From a virus (taxonomy: Duplodnaviria; Caudoviricetes): a DNA stretch of 64,000 nt. A program made the position numbers and the translations under genes. The stretch spans positions 96,001 to 160,000 of the IMG/VR virus record IMGVR_UViG_3300029928_000001; one strand, given 5' to 3'. Below, in pieces: positions 52,390-60,501 of this stretch; the stretch's first letter is position 1, and each line of letters starts with the position of its first letter. The notes under the pieces were generated by a model. It worked only from the letters and a program-made list of their open reading frames with translations, was not told the DNA's origin and did not search any database.

Positions 52390-52530
52390 ATGAAAGTATT
52401 CGTAGTATACAATTCGTTAAATCTTCCAGTTTTAACCACTGAAGACGAGTCCCTTGCAGACTGGACCGCCGCTTTTGAAGGTGGTTACTTTGTCGAGAAA
52501 TTTGACAAAAATTACCACTTGACATGGTAA
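52390..52530 (+). CDS. Small hypothetical protein, 46 aa
   Basis: GAGGT RBS; own promoter. Confidence 0.65.
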   Translation: MKVFVVYNSLNLPVLTTEDESLADWTAAFEGGYFVEKFDKNYHLTW

Positions 52531-52576
52531 TCATTCTATGTTATAATAAGGTATAAACAAAAAGGAGATTGATAAA

Positions 52577-53320
52577 ATGAAAGAATTATTTATGACCATT
52601 GACACAGAAACCACAAACTCACTTGATGACCCATTGTGCTATGATGTTGGCGGTTGTATCCATGATGAACACGGCAAGGTATACAAGACATTTTCTTATG
52701 TAGTGTATGAGATTTTTTTCCAAGAGTTGGAATTAATGAAAACAAGTTACTTTGCTGAAAAGATTCCGCAGTATTTAGAAGAAATTGAAAACGGCACAAG
52801 AGTTGTGGCAAGATTTTCCACAATCAAAAAAAGAATTGCTGAAATGTGCAAAAAGTACAATGTTCAAGCCATCATTGCTCACAATGCAAGATTTGATTAT
52901 AAGTCTTTGTCAACAACACAGAGGTTTTTAACTTCTTCCAAGTATAGGTATTTTCTTCCTTATGGTATTCCAGTTTATGATACTCTGAAAATGGCAAGAA
53001 ATACCATTGTTAAGACAGAAGAATACAAAGTATTTTGTAAGAAACATGGTTTTGTGGCAAAAAATGGAAATCCAAGAGCAACAGCGGAAGTTCTTTACAG
53101 ATTCTTAACAAATGATTTAGACTTTGTGGAAGAGCACACAGGCTTACAAGACACTTTAATTGAAAAGGAAATTTTTGTAAAGTGCTTACAGATTGACCCT
53201 AATGTGGAAAAAAATTGCTTTACACCAAAAATCTATTGTACTTGCGGTTGCCCTTGTTCCATGGCACGCATTAACGGCACTTGCAAGAAAACTGACAATA
53301 AATGTAAGTGGGGGTTTTAG
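52577..53320 (+). CDS. DEDDh 3'-5' exonuclease (DnaQ-like)
   Basis: IDTET, AHNARFD and HTGLQD motifs; ends TAG. Confidence 0.85.
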   Translation: MKELFMTIDTETTNSLDDPLCYDVGGCIHDEHGKVYKTFSYVVYEIFFQELELMKTSYFAEKIPQYLEEIENGTRVVARFSTIKKRIAEMCKKYNVQAIIAHNARFDYKSLSTTQRFLTSSKYRYFLPYGIPVYDTLKMARNTIVKTEEYKVFCKKHGFVAKNGNPRATAEVLYRFLTNDLDFVEEHTGLQDTLIEKEIFVKCLQIDPNVEKNCFTPKIYCTCGCPCSMARINGTCKKTDNKCKWGF

Positions 53321-53345
53321 CCCCCGCTTAGAAAGGTGGTAAAAA

Positions 53346-53558
53346 ATGGATTTACAAAAAGCGTATGAAATGGTATTTAATGATATGACAGGAAGAGGTT
53401 CCAGCTTTTTCCAAGGAAATTATGATAGTAAAAATGGCAACAAAGAATTTATGTATGGTATTCTTACAGTAATGGAATTTATTTCCTATGAAGTAGGAGT
53501 GGAAGATTTTGACAATGTATTTATAAAAAATATGGTAAAAAGTGAAGAAAAGGCTTGA
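53346..53558 (+). CDS. Hypothetical protein, 70 aa
   Basis: AAGGTGG RBS. Confidence 0.7.
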   Translation: MDLQKAYEMVFNDMTGRGSSFFQGNYDSKNGNKEFMYGILTVMEFISYEVGVEDFDNVFIKNMVKSEEKA

Positions 53559-53963
53559 CATCAAGCCCTTTTTGTGGTATAATGGGTGCCCCGCGCACGG
53601 CTGAGGGCGCGGGTTTTTCATTATACCACATTTGCACCCATTTTGTCAAGAGAAAAATGCGAAAAAAATAAAAAAACTTTTTTTCCTAAAACCCTTGACA
53701 AAATGGGTGTATGGGTGTATACTATAAGAGTACTAAGGGTTAAGGCAAACGGCAAGCCTAAGAAAAACTTGAAAAAAGTTAAAAAAGTACTTGACAAATT
53801 ACTTAACCTGTGGTATACTTAAAGAGTAGTAAGGGTTAAGGCAACAAAGCCAAAGTTAAAAAAGTTAAAAAAACCTCTTGACAAACTGCCGAATCCATGC
53901 TATAATAAGATATAAGATAAACCAAAGGGGTTGTGACCTACCACAAGAAAGAGAGTTGATACT

Positions 53964-54320
53964 ATGGAAAAGAAAATGACTAAAAAAGAAATGTTCGCCG
54001 CTATTATTGCAAAGTATGACCTGACCACAGATGAAGTGGAATTCCTCAACCATGAGATTGAACTTTTGGAGAGAAAAGCGGGCAAAGACCGCAAACCAAC
54101 AGCTAACCAGTTGGTAAATGCTGGAATTAAAGAGGAAATTGTTTCCATTCTCACAGGAGCGGAACGCATGACTTGCACAGAGATTGCTAAGGCTCTTCAG
54201 CCGTCCCACACAGAGGATATCTCCGTGAACAAGGTTTCCGCTCTGATGAAACAGCTTATTGAAGCTGGAAAGGTTGTAAAGACCGTTGAAAAGAGAAAGT
54301 CCTATTTCTCTGTAGCTTAA
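53964..54320 (+). CDS. Winged-helix DNA-binding protein (paralog of 56507..56869)
   Basis: MTCTEIAKAL...VSALMKQLIEAGKV. Confidence 0.8.
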   Translation: MEKKMTKKEMFAAIIAKYDLTTDEVEFLNHEIELLERKAGKDRKPTANQLVNAGIKEEIVSILTGAERMTCTEIAKALQPSHTEDISVNKVSALMKQLIEAGKVVKTVEKRKSYFSVA

Positions 54321-54376
54321 TTCCAAAGGCGGGGGAATAAATCCCCCGCCAATAAAAAAGAAAGAGGTGGTAAAAA

Positions 54377-54607
54377 ATGCCAATGAATTTTGAAATCAAA
54401 GTTGAAAAACAAGACAGTTTATCCCAAGAAGAAAATAACATTATTCGTGCTTTACAGATTTTACAAGATGTTTGTTCAAGTCATGATAACTGTAGAATTG
54501 TTTGCCCATTATGGAGCATGGAACTGGAAGAATGTGTAATATCTTATTGCACCAATCCATTAGACATAGACATCAACCCATGCCGAACTTTTAGGGCGGT
54601 AAAATAA
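54377..54607 (+). CDS. Cys-rich hypothetical protein, 76 aa
   Basis: GAGGTGG RBS. Confidence 0.7.
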   Translation: MPMNFEIKVEKQDSLSQEENNIIRALQILQDVCSSHDNCRIVCPLWSMELEECVISYCTNPLDIDINPCRTFRAVK

Positions 54608-54668
54608 TCCGCCTATTGACTTTTATAATTTATTATGTTATAATAAATTATAAAGAAAAATAAAGGAG

Positions 54669-55058
54669 TTGATACCTATGGCAAAACCTACCAGAGAACA
54701 CATTGAAAAGTTGATGAAAAATCTTGATTTGACGGAAGAAGAAGCACTGGAACTTATTGCCAGTGATGATGAGGTAGACCACATGAAAGCAAGTGCTGTC
54801 AATGATGATTTAACAGACGCCCAAAAGAAAGCAAGCAAGAAAGCCCGTTCAAGTGGTAAGACCACCGTCGGCAAAACTAAAGTAGTTAAAGAGAAAAAGA
54901 TTGATGATGACAAAGTTTTCCTTGTAAAAACTTTCCAGTCGCTCTTGGAAAATCTTAACAATACAGAAAATGTAAATGTTGAGAATGAGCAAAAAATTAT
55001 TACATTTAATTACAATGGAAGAAAATTCAAGATTGACTTGTCAGCACCAAGAAAGTAA
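54669..55058 (+). CDS. Hypothetical protein (paralog of 56900..57256)
   Basis: AAGGAG RBS and promoter; shares LT.EQKK and E..I.F..NG..(F/Y).I.L...RK with the paralog. Confidence 0.8.
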   Translation: MIPMAKPTREHIEKLMKNLDLTEEEALELIASDDEVDHMKASAVNDDLTDAQKKASKKARSSGKTTVGKTKVVKEKKIDDDKVFLVKTFQSLLENLNNTENVNVENEQKIITFNYNGRKFKIDLSAPRK

Positions 55059-55310
55059 AATTTAGACAGGAATTAAATTCCTGCCTATTTTTTCCATAGT
55101 TTTTGGAAAACTCTGTCAGTCTTGGGAGAAATTTCCAGGCGGCCGCCCGCTCTCGAATGAGGCGGGCAGTTTTCCACATTTTTACAGTATTGGCACAATT
55201 TTTCAACCAAAAGAACATGAAAAAATTTTAAAGAAATTTGCCCGAAACCCCTTGACACGGTACGCAATTCATGTTATAATAAGGTATACCAAGAGGAAAG
55301 GAGAAAGAAC

Positions 55311-55526
55311 ATGGAAAAGGTAATGATTTACACTTTAGAACCTGTTGACGCATTTACATTTAATTACTTTTATGGGGTAGCTACTACCATGAGAGAAAAA
55401 GTAAAGAATTTATCTTCTATTATTGAAGATGTAAAGTTTAACTATGAAGATGATGAAGAATTAACTGTCTACTGGGCAGACGGCACAAGCACAGATTATT
55501 TTATTCAAGAAAAGGAGTTGATTTAA
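55311..55526 (+). CDS. Hypothetical protein, 71 aa
   Basis: RBS and own promoter. Confidence 0.7.
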   Translation: MEKVMIYTLEPVDAFTFNYFYGVATTMREKVKNLSSIIEDVKFNYEDDEELTVYWADGTSTDYFIQEKELI

Positions 55527-55528
55527 TA

Positions 55529-56017
55529 ATGAATAATTTTATTATCTTTTTTACACTTTTAACACTTGCCAATGTTATTATCCAAACGGTAAAATCACTT
55601 GTCACCATTAAAGGGGGCAAGTGGACGGCGGCAACGGTCAACGCAATAACTTTTGCACTTTATACCTATGTTATTTTCTTCACTGCCGTTGAGGGTATTG
55701 CCCTTTGGCAAAAGGCTTTAATCACTGGATTATGTAACTTTGCGGGAGTGCTTGCCGTGAAGTGGCTTGAAGAGAAAACCGCAAAAGACAAACTTTGGAT
55801 TTATAACTGTACTGCCAAAGTGGACGGCACAGAAATCAAAAAAATTGCAGAATTGCTTAAGGAAATGAACATTTCATTGACTTATAATGAATTAAAAGAT
55901 GAATTGTTTACAATGAGTATTTACTCATACACACAAAAAGAATCTGAAATGATTAAAAGTGTATTAGAAAATTATGATGTAAAATATTGTGTAATTGAAA
56001 CAAAGGGGGTAAAATAA
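55529..56017 (+). CDS. Membrane protein, 162 aa (three hydrophobic segments plus a soluble C-terminal domain)
   Basis: Hydrophobicity pattern; resembles DUF5698/DUF2179-type proteins (inference). Confidence 0.75.
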   Translation: MNNFIIFFTLLTLANVIIQTVKSLVTIKGGKWTAATVNAITFALYTYVIFFTAVEGIALWQKALITGLCNFAGVLAVKWLEEKTAKDKLWIYNCTAKVDGTEIKKIAELLKEMNISLTYNELKDELFTMSIYSYTQKESEMIKSVLENYDVKYCVIETKGVK

Positions 56018-56229
56018 TGGAAATTAGAGTTGTAAAAAATAATTATAGACCATTTAGAGAAGTAGCGACAGGAGAAGTGTTCTTGTATAACAATGAACAC
56101 TACATGCGGACAGAGAGTTATGGCGGTTGGGGTATCAATGCTGTGAATTTATTCACAGGTGAGTTGATTACCTTAAATCAAGCTGATAGTGTAATTCTTG
56201 AAGATAACTGTTATTTAGCTATTGAATAA
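56017..56229 (+). CDS. Hypothetical protein, 70 aa
   Basis: TAATG coupling to the previous gene. Confidence 0.75.
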   Translation: MEIRVVKNNYRPFREVATGEVFLYNNEHYMRTESYGGWGINAVNLFTGELITLNQADSVILEDNCYLAIE

Positions 56230-56506
56230 ACAAGAGCCTGGATTTTTCCAGGCTTTTCCAGTCTCTCGAGGGCCCTTCCAGAAATTTACAGAAACTTTTT
56301 TAGAAAACCTCTTGACAGGATAGCCCCATTATGTTATACTATAATTGTTCCAAGGAAGAGAATAAAAAGTGAGCAAATAAGCTCAAAGAAAAAAATAAAA
56401 AAAGTTTGAAAAACCCTTGACAACAACAACTGAATATGTTATAATAAGGTATAAGTTAAAGAAAGGGTACCGCCACCTAAGAGCGGAGAAAGAGAAGTGG
56501 TAAATT

Positions 56507-56869
56507 ATGGAAAAGAAAATGACTAAAAAGGAAATGTTTGCACAGATTATCAGAAACTACAATCTGACAACAGAGGAAGTAGACTTCCTTAACCATGAGA
56601 TTGAATTGTTAGCAAGAAAAGCTGGCAAGGATAGAAAGCCAACTGCTAATCAGTTAGCTAACCAGTCCTTAAAGGCTGAAATGTTGGCACTTATGGAAGA
56701 TAACAGACTGTACACTTGTACAGAGTTATCCAAGGAGTTACAGAAAACTCATGTTGAGGATATTTCTGTAAATAAGACTTCCGCATTACTTACACAGTTA
56801 GTCACAGAGGGTTCTGTAGAAAAAACTGTAGAGAAAAGAAAGTCTTACTTCTCCAAGGTTTTAGGTTAG
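56507..56869 (+). CDS. Winged-helix DNA-binding protein (paralog of 53964..54320)
   Basis: Identical MEKKMTKKEMFA start and KTVEKRKSYFS end; TAG stop. Confidence 0.8.
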   Translation: MEKKMTKKEMFAQIIRNYNLTTEEVDFLNHEIELLARKAGKDRKPTANQLANQSLKAEMLALMEDNRLYTCTELSKELQKTHVEDISVNKTSALLTQLVTEGSVEKTVEKRKSYFSKVLG

Positions 56870-56899
56870 GCTCATGCCTAACCTAAAGGGGGCAAGCCT

Positions 56900-57256
56900 A
56901 TGACCCAAAAGGAAAAGTTAATAAAGTTAGGTATGACCGAGTCAGAGGCGGACAATGTTCTTGCCTCTGACCGTCAAATTGATAAAATGACCCGCATGGC
57001 TGACATCAATTCAGATTTGACTGATGAACAAAAAAAGGTAGTAAAACAATCAAAAAATGTTAAAAATTATACCAAAACGGCAAGAAAACCAAAAGAAAAG
57101 GTTGAAAATGCGGAAAAAGTAGAGATAATTGCGCAAATAGCTGACTGTTTGATGCCTATAGTTGACTGTTTAAGCGTGGAAAATGCCGAAAGGGTGATAA
57201 AATTTACAAAAAACGGGCAAAATTATTCAATTACACTAACAAAACATAGGAAATAG
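56900..57256 (+). CDS. Hypothetical protein (paralog of 54669..55058)
   Basis: Ends RK-TAG, followed directly by a terminator. Confidence 0.8.
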   Translation: MTQKEKLIKLGMTESEADNVLASDRQIDKMTRMADINSDLTDEQKKVVKQSKNVKNYTKTARKPKEKVENAEKVEIIAQIADCLMPIVDCLSVENAERVIKFTKNGQNYSITLTKHRK

Positions 57257-57452
57257 GGGAGAAATCCTCTATTTTTATTTTGGCTCGCCGCTCACTGAAG
57301 CGAGAGGCGAGAGTTTTCATTTATGGTATCTCTTACCAATTTTGGCAAATAAAAACTGGAAATTACTTCTATTAAATTTTTTCCTAAAATCTATTGACAA
57401 TTTGCGCAAGCTATGCTATACTATAGATACAGTAAAGAGAGGAGATAAAAAA

Positions 57453-57644
57453 ATGGATAAAAGATTTTATGAATTAAACAAAGAAGAGATGCAAGAAATG
57501 AGAAATACTCTGTGGGATGCATTCATGGAGCAGTTAAAAGATTGGATTCCTAATTATGAATGGGAAGAACTGGAAGAACTTCCAATGTCTGAACAAGATG
57601 AAATTTTAGAGAATTTAATGAATAAAGTTAAAAAAGATTTATAA
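57453..57644 (+). CDS. Acidic hypothetical protein, 63 aa
   Basis: GAGGAG RBS; own promoter. Confidence 0.75.
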   Translation: MDKRFYELNKEEMQEMRNTLWDAFMEQLKDWIPNYEWEELEELPMSEQDEILENLMNKVKKDL

Positions 57645-57700
57645 AAACCTGTTGACAAAGTATTATACTGTTAGTATAATAAAAAAAGGAGAATAGAAAA

Positions 57701-57907
57701 ATGGATAAAAAATATTATAACAAGCCAACGCAAGTAAAATTTTATGATGTAGACAATGATTTGTGGGTAGGCGGTATTGCTTACCATGATGAAATTATTT
57801 GCGGATGTTGTGGCGGTATTCAAAAAATTAGTGAGCTTAAGGAAGATGAAATTATTGAGTATACTTATTGGGTAAATATTAGTGATGAAATTAAAGGAGA
57901 CTGGTAG
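57701..57907 (+). CDS. Hypothetical protein, 68 aa (ICGCCGG motif)
   Basis: AAGGAG RBS; own promoter; TAG stop inside the terminator stem GGTAGGCT/AGCCTACC. Confidence 0.75.
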   Translation: MDKKYYNKPTQVKFYDVDNDLWVGGIAYHDEIICGCCGGIQKISELKEDEIIEYTYWVNISDEIKGDW

Positions 57908-58371
57908 GCTGGAAAAGCCTACCATTTTTTTTATGTCCATTTGGCGGGTCGCCCTCGGAGGGGGAGACCCGTAATCCCCTCCCTCACCTCATATGGCAAT
58001 TTTTTCTGGTGAAAGTCGACCCCGCATATGCGCCTCTTCATTCCCGAAACTTTGCTACACAAGAGAGGGACCCCCAGCCCTGCGGGCCGAGAATGAATTA
58101 TCCAAAGGCGCCCCCATATGGGCGCCCAGAGAGTGTAAAGCGTTTCTTTATTTGAAAAATTTAAAAAAATATGTTATAATTAAAAAAACGGCATTTTTAA
58201 GCCGCGAGACACAAAAAAAAGTAGGTAATTAACCTACCTTTTATCTATTTGCCACGATTTTGGGCTTTGACAAGCCCAAATGAGAAAATATTCAGCCCAT
58301 TATTTTTAATGGGAATAGACGGCCATCTAGCTTTTCTACGGATAGCAAAGTTAATAAGGAAGTGAGAGCTT

Positions 58372-59058
58372 TTAAAATACACACCTTTCATAAACTGGCA
58401 CCTTAATCGGCCTTACCCCATATGTTAAATAATACTCATTTAATCCGCTCAAGAATCTTTTATTTTTCTCAGCCCCAATGCGCATATACGCTTCTTGCTA
58501 AGTAATATTACCCTCTTTTAATTCTGTCAATAAATCTTCTTCTTCTTTAATATTAATACTAAAATTAAACATTCCTCTTAATGTTTCTACTTCTTCATCA
58601 CTCATTAATACATACGCATTTTTATTCGGATCTAAATAACACCATCTATAATCAGTTTTAGTATAATAGCCCTGTTCAACTAACTCTTTTAAATTAACTC
58701 TAGTATAACAGGTAATAGTAGATAATTTCAAATCTAAAGCCTATATTTCTCCTTCTACTGATATAATTCTTGCTATATTAGATCCTGTCTACCGATTATC
58801 TGTTTCAATTGTTTCTTTAATTTTGTCTTGAAATAATGTCTTACGTTTTAAATTAGAATATTCTTTATACGGAATAAAATCTCCATACTATTCATGAAAT
58901 ATATAATAAATACTATTGCCTTTTATTATAATTTCATAGTCATAAAAATATTTAAGATGCTATTCCTATATATTACGTTTATTCCTTAATGTTCCATAAG
59001 ATATACCTAACTCTTTAGCTAATTCTTTTGAAGAATATTTTTTTTCTAATTCTATCAT
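58372..59058 (-). CDS. HTH DNA-binding protein, 228 aa (6 TAG)
   Basis: YSSKELAKELGISYGTL HTH; includes track ORF 58498..58731; TAA stop. Confidence 0.7.
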
Positions 59059-59560
59059 TGCTCTAATCCTTTCTTAATAGTTAACTAGTAGCGTCATTGT
59101 AACGAAATTTTTTCGGTCTGTATATATATAGAGCGCAAAAATTTAGTGACAATGATACAACTGTCATTTATATATAAAAGAAACCAAGAGAGAATTGATA
59201 AACATTGCCCAAATTAAAAAAGTATTCATTTTTATTAAACTAAATAAAATCTCTTAAGTTTGATAAAAATGAATACTTTAGCGGGAACTTGTTCCTGCTG
59301 GGAGAAGGGAGAAAGAAATTTTGAAATGAAATTTTGGTAGAGTCCTTTTTTGAGATGAAAATTATAGAGTTTCCTTTTAGGGGAACGAAGTTCCCCTAAG
59401 GCCAGAAGAGAAAGATATGATTGCTATTACTATAACGATTGCAATAAAAACTGCGGGAGGTGGTGGTGGCGCGAGGGGCAGGCAACTCCCACCATTTGTG
59501 CAATTAACATACTCCCACCATTTATGCGGTTAACACCGCACTATTTTACCCATCCAACCC

Positions 59561-60490
59561 TTAATACTTATACTCACAAACTCTACCCGCTAAATTCCCC
59601 TCAGGCTCCAAAAGCGCAATAGTAGCAAGTTCCATACTTTTCACATCACGTTCAGTTAAAGTAATATTAGCATTTAACCTTGCTACATCAATCAACCTTA
59701 CAAATTCAATATCATCCTCTGGTTTTATCATGCTATAAAATTTTAATTCTTTACTACCCATTTGAATCTTTTCTTTGTGCTCATTCCACCTTAATTCAAA
59801 ATCTCTCATAGTCATACCCACATATAATAAACTACCATTTTTATAAATACCATAAATTCCAAAAGAATCAGCAGCTGATAAATGCTTATACTCTCCTTCA
59901 ATACCACAACTATATCCTGCTTTATTCTTAAATCGCCTAAACACATAAGATTTTTTCGTTAAAGCGCTTAATTTATCAACATAACCTTCTTTAATTTTTA
60001 TATTGCCCTGCCAATCAACTTTCATCCACGCATGTTCATTATCTAATATAGTCCAATAAACAGATAAAATATCTTCCCAATTATAATATTCTCCTATATG
60101 ATTTTCTATCCATTCTCTATCTCTAAATTTATCTTTATATAATTCTTTATACTTTTTTGCTAATTCTTTTTCATATTCTTTATCTATTTTATCTTGCTCT
60201 TCCTTTTTCTTTTTTCGTTCAATATCTTCTTTAAATTCAATATACTTATTAGGTTTTAATAAACAAGTATATTCATACCAATTTCTACTTAATTTAAGGC
60301 CTTCACAATATTTTTTCTGAATATATCCAATTTCTTTCTTAGAAATAACAATTGTTTTATTTTGCGCAACTGCATCTTTTAATCCATATTTTTCATCTAA
60401 ATAACTATATGCTTCTGCTAGCATTTTCGCTTTTGCCTTACTTAAATTTCTATTTACACCTAAATCATATATTTCTTCTGCTGTATACAT
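59561..60490 (-). CDS. Protein with C-terminal GIY-YIG endonuclease domain, 309 aa
   Basis: GIYGIY..LLYVGMT..FELRWNEH. Confidence 0.8.
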   Translation of the reverse strand: MYTAEEIYDLGVNRNLSKAKAKMLAEAYSYLDEKYGLKDAVAQNKTIVISKKEIGYIQKKYCEGLKLSRNWYEYTCLLKPNKYIEFKEDIERKKKKEEQDKIDKEYEKELAKKYKELYKDKFRDREWIENHIGEYYNWEDILSVYWTILDNEHAWMKVDWQGNIKIKEGYVDKLSALTKKSYVFRRFKNKAGYSCGIEGEYKHLSAADSFGIYGIYKNGSLLYVGMTMRDFELRWNEHKEKIQMGSKELKFYSMIKPEDDIEFVRLIDVARLNANITLTERDVKSMELATIALLEPEGNLAGRVCEYKY

Positions 60491-60501
60491 TTTAATCTCC
60501 T

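Larger units (their letters stand above)
49166..57680 (+). promoter_or_regulatory. Array of 19 near-consensus sigmaA promoters (-35 at 49166, 49580, 49817, 50094, 50443, 51095, 51658, 52328, 52519, 53555, 53695, 53791, 53878, 54616, 55252, 56312, 56417, 57394, 57652)
   Basis: Each is TTGAC(A/T)-N17-TATA(A/C/G)T, most with extended TG. Confidence 0.9.

Noticed and set aside
56283-56297. CodY box (AATTTACAGAAACTT)
   Set aside because: Two mismatches in AT-rich DNA are plausible by chance, and other candidates match worse
49166-57680. CRISPR array
   Set aside because: The repeats are promoter/RBS units separated by genes, not constant-length repeat-spacer units
50901-58130. Cloning polylinker or vector contamination (NotI, AscI, FseI, XhoI, ApaI, SalI and NdeI-like sites)
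   Set aside because: The sites are dispersed and embedded in hairpins of natural-looking modules, with no vector backbone
50789-58232. Track ORFs crossing the GC islands (50789, 50869, 52165 N-terminal part, 53586, 57993)
   Set aside because: They run through terminators and promoters, lack an RBS, and arise from local scarcity of stop codons
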